A DNA stretch of 64,000 nt, taken from NCBI GenBank assembly GCA_045534575.1, contig JAZSJZ010000006.1, positions 14,374-78,373 on the forward strand, given 5' to 3'. The translations under genes were made by a program, and so were the position numbers. Of the stretch, positions 27,249 to 36,925 are shown in pieces. Below the pieces are notes generated by a model, which ran no database searches, had not been told where the DNA came from, and was given only the letters and a program-made list of their open reading frames with translations. The stretch's first letter is position 1. Every line of letters starts with the position of its first letter. The stretch comes from Christensenellaceae bacterium. GTDB lineage: Bacteria; Bacillota; Clostridia; Christensenellales; Borkfalkiaceae.

Positions 27249-29966
27249 ATGTTTAAGGTTAATCAAAGAAAGTCGCCAATAAGCGTTTTCGTTGCGATAG
27301 TTTTGGCGGTTTTATTGTCGCTAACGGTAGGGATGGCTTCTATTAGTTTTGCTCAAACGGAAGCAGAAACCTATTTTGAGGCGAACAAAGAAACGGTAAA
27401 GATTATCGATAGCGGAGCAGTTTATTTTGCGAAACTCAAGGATGCTTACGCATCGGATGCCTCGAGCCTTGAATCAATGCAGAAAATAGTTGAAGTTGCA
27501 ACTGCCCTTAATGATTTTAAGGACGATTACGTTGAAACAGACTATTCTTCTGATAATTGGACGAGGATTCAAAAGATTATCGACCAAACGGTGGCTTATG
27601 CTAGAGTTGAGAGCGATAATTACCTAAATTACGATAGTTCCAAATACTTATCTAGAATAGAAAAAGAGAAAGTTGAAATCGAGAAGATTGAAACGCTAGA
27701 GCAAAGTTATGCGGAATTCGTAGAACAAAGTTTGAAAGCTGTTGACGATAAGAAAAACACGTTAATCGCACCAAACGAACAAAACAAAGATGCTAAAGCA
27801 AATCAAATCGTTGGCTTCTTAGATGAAGACGCATTAGCTGAAGTTGAGTTGATTGCCGTAGCGGCAAGGGAAGTTATTTCAGCTATTGCACTTGACAAGA
27901 GCGATTACGAAACGAGCATTGATGCGGTTGAGGCTGTTGCCGATAAAGCAATCGAAGAAATGCTAGCCGTTAAGAAGAACGTTGTTGAAAGGGCTTACGA
28001 CGATTTAGAAGATTATTACGCAATCAAAAAAGGCGAAAAGGAAGGCGATCTTGACGAGGCTAAAGCGCACGCTGAACAAGAAGTTAAAAAAGCGCAAGAG
28101 TTTTTGCAAGATGCATCTAAAGCCGTTAAAGAAAACTACACGTCTGAGGCAATTTTGTTTGAAAAATTCCTAGCTGGTGAAGAACTTAACGACGAATCTT
28201 TCAAAAAGAAAGACACGCTCTCAACCGAATCTGGCTCAGTGGTAGTAAAAGCCTTTATTAAAGAAAACGGCGAAAAAACGCCGATTGCGATTTTCCCAGC
28301 GGCAACCACGCTTTCAGTTTTCGATAACGTATCTTCCGCAAAAGAAAACGCAAGAGTTGCAATCAATAAGCAGTGCAAAGATTTAGGCGTTTCATACCTT
28401 GCTTCAATCAAGGTTTACCACGGCATTAGCGAGTGGGCTACCGTTACCGAGTTTGAAGGAAAAGAGGTTGTTTACCAAGTAACCGTTGACCTTAACGCAT
28501 ATTATAGCGAGTTCGTTGACCAAGAAAAGACCTTCTTTGAAGATATTTTAAGCAATATTGGCTTAAACGGAAAGAGCAAAGAAAACAAACTTTCGAAAAT
28601 TTTAGACGCGCAAAAGATTATGGCTGACGCCGATGCTTCTTTACTATATATATATTTAGGAAGGGGCGAAATTAAAGCGCTTGATTATTCAATAGACACA
28701 TCTGGAGGAATATTGATGTTTGAAACTAATTCATTTAACAATTTTGCCGTAGCGCAAACGAACGATTCTAGCATTTTTGCTAATCCGTTCTTCTACGTTA
28801 TTGCAGCAATCGTTCTAATTCTTGCTATTATCATTATCGTAGCGATTATCAAGAACAAGAAATTCTCTATCACCTTCCACTCAAACGGCGGAACAAAGGT
28901 TGCTCCTATCAAGGTTAAGAAAGGCGAATCGTTCGTAATGCCAAACAGCCCAACTAAGAAAGGCTTTATCTTTGGCGGTTGGTATGAAGATAAACTTTGC
29001 AAAGTTAGATTTATTGATACTTACCTTGAAAAGAGAGGCAACAAGAACGTTTATGCTAAGTGGCATAAGATTTTAAGCGGAAAAGACGTTGATGCTTATT
29101 TCAATAAACTTAAATCATACCTTGCTTCGTTCTCAGTTTTAGGTGAAGCGTTTGAAATTGAAGATGGCGATAGCGTTCTCTTAGCAAAACTTGTTAAAGA
29201 TAACGGCGAACTTAAGTTCTACGTAGCGTTAGAACAAGAAAAACTCGCTAGCGACGGCTTCAATGTTGTTGACGCTCAAGGCGAAGAATTCGAAAGCGTT
29301 CCAACACTTATCAATATCAACACTAGAGAAGCTTACGCTGAAGCAGTTGAAATTGCTAATATCATCATTGAAGAATATGAACTTCAACCTATCCAAGGCG
29401 AATACCCTGACGGCAACGTGTTTGACTTTATCGTTTCTACTTACTGCGAAGAAGAAATTGAAGAAGAAATCGTTGAAGAAGTTCAAGAAGAAGTAGTTGA
29501 AGAAGTAGTTGAAGAGCCTGCTCAAGAAGAAGTTCAAGAAGAAGTAGTTGAAGAGCCTGTTCAAGAGGAAATCGTTGAAGAAGTAGCTGAAGAAGTTGCT
29601 AGCGAAGAAGACCTCGTTAAATACTATAAAGCGTTAAGAACTTTCGCTAAAGGCTACGCACTTGCTGAAAATAACGATAAGGTAAGCGACGGCATGGCAC
29701 TACTTAAACTCTACGTTTCAAGTGAAGCGGTTAAACTCTTTGTAAACCTTGATGCTCAAGAAAACGGCTTAGAAGAAGGCAAGGGAGATACCCCAGCGTT
29801 AAAACTCGTAACTAACGAGAAGACCTTTAACGAAGCAAAAGAGTTAATCGTTAAACTTATGGCTTACTACGGCTTAGAAGAAACGGGCGAAGAAATTGGT
29901 GAACTTAAAGAAGCGGGCGCTGGAAATGGTTTCTGCTATAGACTTCACTTCTCAACCGAAGAATAA
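27249..29966 (+). CDS. large signal-peptide/TM protein with Listeria-Bacteroides-type repeat, acidic repeat and two copies of a ~100-aa module
   Basis: Start at ATG 27249 (GGAG RBS). Signal peptide, about 480 aa helical region, TM (FFYVIAAIVLILAIIIIVAII), FSITFHSNGGTKV...GFIFGGWY repeat, (EEV/IVE)n tract. Confidence 0.6.
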   Translation: MFKVNQRKSPISVFVAIVLAVLLSLTVGMASISFAQTEAETYFEANKETVKIIDSGAVYFAKLKDAYASDASSLESMQKIVEVATALNDFKDDYVETDYSSDNWTRIQKIIDQTVAYARVESDNYLNYDSSKYLSRIEKEKVEIEKIETLEQSYAEFVEQSLKAVDDKKNTLIAPNEQNKDAKANQIVGFLDEDALAEVELIAVAAREVISAIALDKSDYETSIDAVEAVADKAIEEMLAVKKNVVERAYDDLEDYYAIKKGEKEGDLDEAKAHAEQEVKKAQEFLQDASKAVKENYTSEAILFEKFLAGEELNDESFKKKDTLSTESGSVVVKAFIKENGEKTPIAIFPAATTLSVFDNVSSAKENARVAINKQCKDLGVSYLASIKVYHGISEWATVTEFEGKEVVYQVTVDLNAYYSEFVDQEKTFFEDILSNIGLNGKSKENKLSKILDAQKIMADADASLLYIYLGRGEIKALDYSIDTSGGILMFETNSFNNFAVAQTNDSSIFANPFFYVIAAIVLILAIIIIVAIIKNKKFSITFHSNGGTKVAPIKVKKGESFVMPNSPTKKGFIFGGWYEDKLCKVRFIDTYLEKRGNKNVYAKWHKILSGKDVDAYFNKLKSYLASFSVLGEAFEIEDGDSVLLAKLVKDNGELKFYVALEQEKLASDGFNVVDAQGEEFESVPTLININTREAYAEAVEIANIIIEEYELQPIQGEYPDGNVFDFIVSTYCEEEIEEEIVEEVQEEVVEEVVEEPAQEEVQEEVVEEPVQEEIVEEVAEEVASEEDLVKYYKALRTFAKGYALAENNDKVSDGMALLKLYVSSEAVKLFVNLDAQENGLEEGKGDTPALKLVTNEKTFNEAKELIVKLMAYYGLEETGEEIGELKEAGAGNGFCYRLHFSTEE
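29448..29610 (+). repeat. in-frame GAA-rich imperfect tandem repeat encoding (E-E-I/V-V/Q-E)n
   Basis: GTTCAAGAAGAAGTAGTTGAAG at 29481 and 29532; AAGTAGTTGAAGAGCCTG[CT]TCAAGA repeated; lies inside the CDS. Confidence 0.7.
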
Positions 29967-29985
29967 TCTAAACTAACAAAATTTG

Positions 29986-30016
29986 ACCGCTCGGTATTAA
30001 CCGAGCGGTTTTTTTT
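29986..30016 (+). terminator. intrinsic terminator
   Basis: ACCGCTCGG-TATTAA-CCGAGCGGT followed by TTTTTTT. Confidence 0.8.
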
Positions 30017-30158
30017 GCCGTAAAGGACAAAACGGCAAAGATTTAGGGCTTAAAGATTTTTCATTTTGCATTGACTTTTTGCCTTTCATAAAATATAATA
30101 TATATACTCGCTAAAAAAGTTTTTAACAAACAAATTTTTCAAAAAGGAGGGTGCGGTT

Positions 30159-30848
30159 ATGCAAATTAAGGGGCTTCAAAAATTAACGCTTTTAGATTAC
30201 CCTGAAAAAGTTGCTTGCACGGTGTTTACGGCGGGCTGTAATATGCGGTGCGGGTTTTGCCATAATGCGACACTCGTTACCAAAATTGACCAAAATTTTA
30301 TTAGCGAAGAAGATTTTTTTAAGTTTTTAAAGGGAAGAGTTGGCATTTTAGACGGCGTTTGCGTAACAGGAGGCGAGCCACTTCTCCAAAAAGATATCGA
30401 AAATTTTTTAGCGAAAATCAAGGCTTTAGGTTTTTTGGTTAAGCTCGACACAAACGGAACTTTCCCTGACCTTTTAAAAGATTTAGTAGAAAAAAATCTC
30501 GTTGACTATGTTGCAATAGATATTAAAAACTCACCCGATAAATACGCTTTAACTTGTGGCGTAAAAGACGTTGATATTGCGCAAATTAAACAAAGCGTAG
30601 ATTTTTTAATCAACGGCAAAATTGATTACGAGTTTAGAACGACGGTAACTAACGAACTTTTTGACGAGAGCGATTTTGAAAAAATCGGCTTGTTTATTAA
30701 AGGCGCAAAAAAATATTTTATTCAACAATTTATCGATTCTGGCGACCTAGTTGGTGGCTCTTTTTCTGCACCTCAACCTAAAATGCTAGATAAATTCAAA
30801 GAAATTGTTTCCCCTTTTGTTAAACGGGTGGAAATTCGTGGTGTTTAA
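30159..30848 (+). CDS. nrdG: anaerobic ribonucleoside-triphosphate reductase activating protein (radical SAM)
   Basis: LLDYPEKVACTVFTAGCNMRCGFCHN (CxxxCxxC), GVCVTGGEPLL. Confidence 0.9.
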   Translation: MQIKGLQKLTLLDYPEKVACTVFTAGCNMRCGFCHNATLVTKIDQNFISEEDFFKFLKGRVGILDGVCVTGGEPLLQKDIENFLAKIKALGFLVKLDTNGTFPDLLKDLVEKNLVDYVAIDIKNSPDKYALTCGVKDVDIAQIKQSVDFLINGKIDYEFRTTVTNELFDESDFEKIGLFIKGAKKYFIQQFIDSGDLVGGSFSAPQPKMLDKFKEIVSPFVKRVEIRGV

Positions 30849-30871
30849 AGCGAAAATTTTTTACCCTTGAA

Positions 30872-30919
30872 ACACAATATATTGTGGTTTTTTCATAAAA
30901 TTAACACAAAATATTTGGT
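30872..30919 (+). promoter_or_regulatory. tandem NrdR-box-like palindromes upstream of nrdD
   Basis: ACACAATATATTGTGG (30872-30887) and ACACAAAATATTTGGT (30904-30919), 32 bp apart, just upstream of TTGACA (30928) and TGTTACTAT. They fit the acaCwAtATaTwGtgt consensus. Confidence 0.6.
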
Positions 30920-31015
30920 TAAAAGCATTGACAAGGGCTACTTACTTATGTTACTATTATTGCACAGCGAAGAATTAAGTTTACATAAAAAAATTACAAA
31001 TGGAGAGGTAAAAAG

Positions 31016-33397
31016 ATGTATCAAGTAGTTAAAAGAGATGGAAAAATCGTAGAATTTGATATTTCCAAAATTAACGTAGCAATCACCAAAGCTTTTGAAG
31101 CAACACAAAAACAATATCACCCTAACGTTATTGATTTTCTTGCGCTTAAGGTTTGCGCAGATTTCGAATCAAAGATTAAAGACGGAAAAGTTTCGGTTGA
31201 AGATATTCAAGATAGCGTTGAATCGGTTTTAGTTCAAGCCGGCTATGGCGACATTGCTAAGGCTTACATTCTTTACCGTAAACAAAGAGAAAAAATCCGT
31301 AACATGAACGCAACGATGCTCGACTACAAAGAGATCGTTGATAGTTATGTTAAAGTTGCCGATTGGCGTGTTAAAGAAAACTCTACCGTTACCTATTCCG
31401 TAGGCGGGCTTATTCTTTCTAACTCGGGCGCAATCACGGCTAACTATTGGCTTAGCGAGATTTACGATGATGAAATTGCTAACGCGCACAGAAATGCAGA
31501 TATCCACCTTCACGACTTATCAATGCTCACAGGTTACTGCGCAGGTTGGTCGCTTCGTCAATTAATCGAAGAAGGTTTGGGCGGTGTTCCTGGCAAAATT
31601 ACGTCATCTCCAGCAAGCCACTTGGCAACGCTTTGCAACCAAATGGTAAACTTTTTAGGTATTATGCAAAACGAGTGGGCGGGCGCGCAAGCGTTCTCGT
31701 CTTTCGATACCTATCTTGCACCGTTTGTTAAGGTTGATAACCTTTCTTACCGTGAAGTTAAAAAGGCGATTGAATCGTTTATTTTCGGCGTAAACACTCC
31801 AAGCCGTTGGGGAACACAAGCACCGTTCTCTAACGTTACTTTCGACTGGGTTGTTCCCGGCGACTTAGCAGAACTTAACGCTATCGTTGGCGGAAAGGAA
31901 ATGCCTTTCAAATATAAAGATTGTAAGGCTGAAATGGATATGATTAACAAAGCCTTCATTGAAATTATGATTGAAGGCGATGCTAACGGTCGTGGATTCC
32001 AATACCCAATTCCAACCTATTCTATAACTTCTAATTTCGACTGGTCTGAAACCGAAAACAACAAGTTGTTATTCGAAATGGCTTCAAAATACGGCACTCC
32101 ATATTTCTCTAACTATATCAACAGCGATATGGAACCTAGCGACGTTCGTTCAATGTGCTGTAGATTAAGGCTTGATTTGAGAGAACTCCGCAAAAAATCT
32201 GGCGGTTTCTTTGGTAGCGGTGAAAGCACCGGTTCTATCGGCGTTGTTACTATCAATATGCCAAGAATTGCTTACCTTGCTGAAAACGAACAAGATTTCT
32301 ACAAGCGCTTAGATAGACTTATGGACGTTTCTGCTCGTTCATTAAAGACTAAGAGAACGGTTATCACTAAACTTTTAGAAGAAGGTTTATACCCTTATAC
32401 TAAGAGATATCTTGGCACTTTTGCAAACCACTTCTCAACCATTGGTCTTGTTGGTATGAACGAAGCGTGCCTCAACGCTAAGTGGGTTCGTGAAGACTTA
32501 ACTCACGAAAAGGCTCAACAATTCACCAAAGACGTTCTCAATCATATGAGAGAAAGACTTTCTGATTACCAAGAACTTTACGGCGACCTTTACAACCTCG
32601 AAGCAACGCCAGCAGAATCTACTTCTTTCCGCTTGGCTAAGCACGATGTTAAGAGATTCCCTGATATCATCACGGCTTCTCAAGGCGAAACCCCTTACTA
32701 CACCAACTCTTCACACCTTCCTGTTGGCTATACTGACGATATCTTCTCGGCTCTTGACATTCAAGACGAACTTCAAACACTTTATACTTCTGGAACGGTA
32801 TTCCACGCCTTCCTTGGTGAAAAACTTCCTGATTGGAAGTCTGCCGCTACTCTCGTTAAGAAGATTGCCGAAAGATATAAACTCCCTTACTACACTTTAT
32901 CTCCAACCTATTCGGTATGCAAAAACCACGGCTATTTAATCGGCGAGCAAAGAAAGTGCCCTATCTGTGGCGAAACTGCTGAAGTTTACTCTAGAATTAC
33001 CGGCTACTATCGTCCTGTTCAAAACTGGAACGACGGTAAAACTCAAGAATATAAAGAAAGAAAGGTTTACAAGGTTTTAGACGCTATCGAAGGCGATATT
33101 GCGCACCTTTCCGATAAAAAAGAAAAGGTAACCGCGGTTGAAACTGCTTGTAATGATAGCGACGCTAAACTTATTCTTTGCGCAACCAAGACTTGCCCTA
33201 AGTGCACTATGGTTACCGTTCTTCTTGATAAAGCCGGCTTAAAATACGAAAAGATTTACGCTGAAGATAACGAACAATTCTTCATTGAAAGAGGAATAAA
33301 AGAAGCTCCAACGCTCATCGTTGAAAAGGACGGGGCTTATAGTTTAATTGCTAATCCGTCTAACATTAAGAAATTCATTGAAGATACTAGAGCGTAA
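31016..33397 (+). CDS. nrdD: class III anaerobic ribonucleoside-triphosphate reductase with C-terminal thioredoxin-fold extension
   Basis: ATP-cone N-terminus (VVKRDGKIVEFDISKI), RSMCCRLRLD loop, Zn site CKNHG...CPICG, glycyl-radical motif SRITGYYRPV. An extra 76-aa CPKC thioredoxin/glutaredoxin-like domain occupies aa 718-793. Confidence 0.95.
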   Translation: MYQVVKRDGKIVEFDISKINVAITKAFEATQKQYHPNVIDFLALKVCADFESKIKDGKVSVEDIQDSVESVLVQAGYGDIAKAYILYRKQREKIRNMNATMLDYKEIVDSYVKVADWRVKENSTVTYSVGGLILSNSGAITANYWLSEIYDDEIANAHRNADIHLHDLSMLTGYCAGWSLRQLIEEGLGGVPGKITSSPASHLATLCNQMVNFLGIMQNEWAGAQAFSSFDTYLAPFVKVDNLSYREVKKAIESFIFGVNTPSRWGTQAPFSNVTFDWVVPGDLAELNAIVGGKEMPFKYKDCKAEMDMINKAFIEIMIEGDANGRGFQYPIPTYSITSNFDWSETENNKLLFEMASKYGTPYFSNYINSDMEPSDVRSMCCRLRLDLRELRKKSGGFFGSGESTGSIGVVTINMPRIAYLAENEQDFYKRLDRLMDVSARSLKTKRTVITKLLEEGLYPYTKRYLGTFANHFSTIGLVGMNEACLNAKWVREDLTHEKAQQFTKDVLNHMRERLSDYQELYGDLYNLEATPAESTSFRLAKHDVKRFPDIITASQGETPYYTNSSHLPVGYTDDIFSALDIQDELQTLYTSGTVFHAFLGEKLPDWKSAATLVKKIAERYKLPYYTLSPTYSVCKNHGYLIGEQRKCPICGETAEVYSRITGYYRPVQNWNDGKTQEYKERKVYKVLDAIEGDIAHLSDKKEKVTAVETACNDSDAKLILCATKTCPKCTMVTVLLDKAGLKYEKIYAEDNEQFFIERGIKEAPTLIVEKDGAYSLIANPSNIKKFIEDTRA

Positions 33398-33408
33398 AAG
33401 GTGAAATT

Positions 33409-34323
33409 ATGTTTGATATTATAATTATCGGTTCTGGAACGGCTGGTATGACTGCGGCGATTTACGCGCTTAGAAACAATAAGAAAGTGTTACTCATCGA
33501 GTCAACCGCCGTTGGCGGACAAATAGCCTTTTCTCCAAAGGTAGAAAACTTTCCAAGTTACCGTTCAATAAGCGGTGAGGAATTTTCGCACAAACTTTTT
33601 GAACAAGTGTTAGACCTTGGCGCAAGTTTTGAACTCGAAGAGGTTATCGCTGTTGAAAAGGAGAAGGACGACACCTTCTTAGTTACTACCGACTGCGGAA
33701 CGCACAAAGGCAAAAGCGTTATTATCGCTACCGGCGTTAAGCAAAAGCATATCGGCATTGAAGCAGAAGAAAAACTTCTCGGCAAAGGCGTTTACTACTG
33801 CGCTATTTGCGACGGCGCTTTCTATAAAGGTAAAGAAGTTGCCGTGGTGGGCGACGGAAACTCTGCGCTTCAATCGGCAATCTTGTTATCTTCAATCTGC
33901 TCGAAAGTTCACGTTTTAACTTGGTTCGATAAATTCTTTGGCGACCTAAGCCTTGTTGATAACCTAAGAAGTTTAGAAAACGTTATCATAACGCCTAACA
34001 CTGAGGTTATTGATTTTGCTGGCAAAGATTCGCTAGACGGCGTTGTTATCCGTCGCAAAGAGGACGGCACGGTTTATACTCTTAACGTTCCTGCTATCTT
34101 CGTTGCAATCGGTCAACTTCCTGATAACGACAAGTTTAAAAAACTCGTTGACCTTGACGAGCAAGGCTATCTTCTAGCAGACGAGGCTATGAAAACTAAA
34201 ACAGCGGGCTTATTCGTTGCGGGCGACTGCAGAAAAAAAGCAATTAGGCAACTTACCACTGCCGCTTCCGATGGCGCAATTGCCGCAATGAGCGCGATTG
34301 AATATATCGGCTCGTTAAAATAA
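33409..34323 (+). CDS. trxB: thioredoxin-disulfide reductase
   Basis: IIIIGSGTAGMTAA FAD site, redox CAICDG, VVGDGNSA NADPH site, 304 aa. Confidence 0.9.
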   Translation: MFDIIIIGSGTAGMTAAIYALRNNKKVLLIESTAVGGQIAFSPKVENFPSYRSISGEEFSHKLFEQVLDLGASFELEEVIAVEKEKDDTFLVTTDCGTHKGKSVIIATGVKQKHIGIEAEEKLLGKGVYYCAICDGAFYKGKEVAVVGDGNSALQSAILLSSICSKVHVLTWFDKFFGDLSLVDNLRSLENVIITPNTEVIDFAGKDSLDGVVIRRKEDGTVYTLNVPAIFVAIGQLPDNDKFKKLVDLDEQGYLLADEAMKTKTAGLFVAGDCRKKAIRQLTTAASDGAIAAMSAIEYIGSLK

Positions 34324-34350
34324 AAATGGGTGTTTAATTACATAAACAAT

Positions 34351-34385
34351 AGCGTGTTCTTGATTTTAGAACACGCTATTTCTTT
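34351..34385 (+). terminator. intrinsic terminator after trxB
   Basis: AGCGTGTTCT-TGATTTT-AGAACACGCT 10-bp stem, T-rich tail. Confidence 0.7.
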
Positions 34386-34487
34386 GTTACCTTAAAGTTG
34401 CCAATTGATGCTTGGTAATTTGTGAATATTAAAGTTTTTTGTTGTTTTTGTTTGTTGTTTATGATAAAATTTAAAAAGAGGTAAAAA

Positions 34488-36005
34488 ATGAAAAAAATAT
34501 TATCAAAAACTTTAATTTTATTATTTTCTTTTGTTTTAGTTGTTTGCACGTTTTTAACTGGTTGCGAATTGAACAATTCATCAAACGTATCAAGTTCTTC
34601 AGTTGAAGATAGTTCTTCAGTTGATAATAGTTCTTCGGCTGATAATAGTTCTTCGGCTGAAAATAGTTCGTCTGAAGAAGGCTCTTCGTCTAGTTCGCTT
34701 CCTGATAAACCTAATGAGGATGAAATAACAAAAGTTTTAATTATCGAAGGTAAAGGAATCGATTCATCAGCAATGAAAAACATGCTTGAAGAGTTAAATT
34801 ATTTGGCAACCATAGTATCGCCGTCAAGCGTGCCGAGAAGTCTTAATGAGTTGCTTGAATATGACCAAGTTATATTGGCGAACGTTAACGCTAGAGATTT
34901 ATCTAACGAATTTAGCGAGAATCTCAACAAATTCGTTTATGACTACGGTGGCGGATTGTTGACCACTGGAGGCGATAATTCTTATTATTATGGTAATATG
35001 CAAGGAACTCTCATTGAATCAATGCTTCCCGTTGTTGTTGCGCCAGAATACCCAAAATACGCTGCAACAATGATAGTTCTTGATGCTTCGGGTTCAATGT
35101 ATTATGATATTGACAAAGGTGGAGCAACACAAGATGATTGTTTCTTTGATGAATCAACCCCAGAATATCAAAATACTAGAATGAAATACACAAAAGATGC
35201 TTTAATAAATGCTTCGATGACTATTTTTGGAAAAAACGATTACGTAGGTCTTATTCATTTTGGTAAAACTTCATACCAATATCCTATAGTTGACCTTCCT
35301 TTAACCTCAGTCGTTTCACCCGCTCAGTTTATAACTGCTCTTAATAGCGGCGTTAAAACAATAGCGGGCACTTCTTGGAAAGAACCGCTAGAGGAAGCGA
35401 TTAACCAGCTCAAAAACTGTAACGCTGAAAAAAGTAAGAGTATTATCTTTATCACAGACGGGGACCCTCAAGATAGTTATAGCATTAATTTTAAACAAAT
35501 TGCCCAAGACGCTTATGAAGATTACGGCATTTCAATATCAACCATTGCAATTTCGAATGATATAACTAGTAAGTGGAGAGCGGAGTTGCAAGATATTGCT
35601 AGCATGACTAAAGGTAGATTTTACGAGTGCTATTTTTCGCAACAAATCCTTCAGGCTATTGAGGGCGAATGCAAAATGGTGACTTATTCTATTGAGGGCG
35701 AACAAAAAAGCTACGCTGTTGAAATCAAAAACGATTCTCTAATAACTAACGGTGTTTTGGCTCTTCCTAACGTTAAAAAATATAACAAGTTAGTAATAAA
35801 GCAAGGTGCTGATGAAATCGCTGTTGTTAAAAATGACGACAATTCCTTCGTTCGTGAAGATTGCCTATACGCTTGTTGGAAGTATGGCAAGGGTAACGTT
35901 GGCAGTTTTGCAAGTAGCTTTAGCGATGAATGGGCAAGCTCGTATTATAGCGACAATAATGGAAAAACTTTCTTGCAAAACGCAGTAACGTTGCTTCTCC
36001 CTTAA
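34488..36005 (+). CDS. lipoprotein with Ser-rich linker and von Willebrand factor A domain
   Basis: Lipobox FLTGC, (SSxxNSS)n linker, MIDAS VLDASGSM, IIFITDGDP. Confidence 0.7.
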   Translation: MKKILSKTLILLFSFVLVVCTFLTGCELNNSSNVSSSSVEDSSSVDNSSSADNSSSAENSSSEEGSSSSSLPDKPNEDEITKVLIIEGKGIDSSAMKNMLEELNYLATIVSPSSVPRSLNELLEYDQVILANVNARDLSNEFSENLNKFVYDYGGGLLTTGGDNSYYYGNMQGTLIESMLPVVVAPEYPKYAATMIVLDASGSMYYDIDKGGATQDDCFFDESTPEYQNTRMKYTKDALINASMTIFGKNDYVGLIHFGKTSYQYPIVDLPLTSVVSPAQFITALNSGVKTIAGTSWKEPLEEAINQLKNCNAEKSKSIIFITDGDPQDSYSINFKQIAQDAYEDYGISISTIAISNDITSKWRAELQDIASMTKGRFYECYFSQQILQAIEGECKMVTYSIEGEQKSYAVEIKNDSLITNGVLALPNVKKYNKLVIKQGADEIAVVKNDDNSFVREDCLYACWKYGKGNVGSFASSFSDEWASSYYSDNNGKTFLQNAVTLLLP

Positions 36006-36089
36006 TATAACGATGAAAAAGTGGGTTTGCAAAATCCGCTTTTTAATATTTTTTAAAGGCTCATAAAATAAATTTTAAAAAAATACCGT

Positions 36090-36107
36090 GCTATAAGTCG
36101 ATTATCG
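36090..36107 (-). repeat. intergenic repeat copy g (reverse complement CGATAATCGACTTATAGC)
   Basis: 17/18 identical to copy i; forms an inverted pair with copy h 47 bp away. Confidence 0.8.
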
Positions 36108-36153
36108 AAACTAAAAAGTGGCTCAATGGGGGGCTTTTTTAGAGAAAAACAAC

Positions 36154-36171
36154 CTTAAACGGGCTTATAGC
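36154..36171 (+). repeat. intergenic repeat copy h (CTTAAACGGGCTTATAGC)
   Basis: AACGGGCTTATAGC retained; GGGCT-TAT-AGCCC mini-hairpin. Confidence 0.65.
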
Positions 36172-36296
36172 CCTACTTTGCCAAAAATTTTTTTAAGAAT
36201 TTTTAAAAAACACTTGATAAATTTCAAATTATCTTATATAATATTATAGAATAATGACGTAGTGTAACAAATTCTACGCTTTGAGAGGTTTAGGTT

Positions 36297-36911
36297 ATGG
36301 AAGCTGAAAACAAGAAGAAATGGTATTTTGCCACTATCGAAGAACTTGAAGTTGACCAAGAGGGTAACTTTGTTGTAAATTCTAACGAGGCGTTTGAAGC
36401 CGCTGAAGAAGACGTTGCTGCTACGGTTGCTCCAGAAATTCAAGAAAGCGTTGCCGCTGTTGGCGAACAAAAACCTAAATATGTTAACAAGAGCTTTGCT
36501 CAAAAAATGCTCGTTGCTGACGAAGTTATTCAAGATAGATACGACGAACTTAAGAACTACGCTTTAAGATTTAAAAAGTTAAAAGCAAGAATTTCTAAGA
36601 AGTTCGATTCTATCAACCAAGGTCGTTTGCAATTCGTTAAATTATCGGTTGCGGGTAAAACTTTGAAACTCTATCTTAATATGGACATTGCTACTACCGA
36701 CCCTAAATTCCACTGCAAAGATATGAGAGATAAGAAAACCTACGAACCTGTTCCTGTTTTATTACGTATCAAATCAGGCCGTGCCGTTCGTTACGCTAAA
36801 ATCTTAATTGATCAATGTGCTGAACAACACGGACTTGTTGAGAATAAAAAATTCCAAGAAGTTGACGCTATTGCTTTAATTGAACAAGCAGTGGCTGCGA
36901 AAAAAGGTTAA
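36297..36911 (+). CDS. hypothetical cytoplasmic protein carrying the ~100-aa module also present twice in the 27249 protein
   Basis: 204 aa, no signal peptide. RYDELKNYALRF...LKLYLNMD...PVLLRIKSGRAV..AKILIDQ parallels YFNKLKSYLASF...LKFYVALE and YYKALRTFAKGY...VKLFVNLD. Confidence 0.5.
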   Translation: MEAENKKKWYFATIEELEVDQEGNFVVNSNEAFEAAEEDVAATVAPEIQESVAAVGEQKPKYVNKSFAQKMLVADEVIQDRYDELKNYALRFKKLKARISKKFDSINQGRLQFVKLSVAGKTLKLYLNMDIATTDPKFHCKDMRDKKTYEPVPVLLRIKSGRAVRYAKILIDQCAEQHGLVENKKFQEVDAIALIEQAVAAKKG

Positions 36912-36925
36912 ATAAGGTGATTAAA

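Noticed and set aside
29448-29610. Tandem repeats that could be mistaken for a CRISPR array or non-coding VNTR
   Set aside because: The units are GAA-rich, imperfect, in frame and encode (EEVVE)n within a long ORF. There is no spacer/repeat periodicity and there are no cas genes.
30088-30104. AT-rich ATAATATATATACTCG upstream of nrdG as a third NrdR box
   Set aside because: It lacks the conserved C and G positions of the NrdR palindrome and overlaps the -10 region, so it is probably just promoter AT-richness.
34376-34783. 135-aa minus-strand ORF overlapping the start of the vWA lipoprotein
   Set aside because: It is antisense to the Ser-rich linker codons (an SSxEEL repeat artefact). The plus-strand frame has a signal peptide, a lipobox and a vWA domain.
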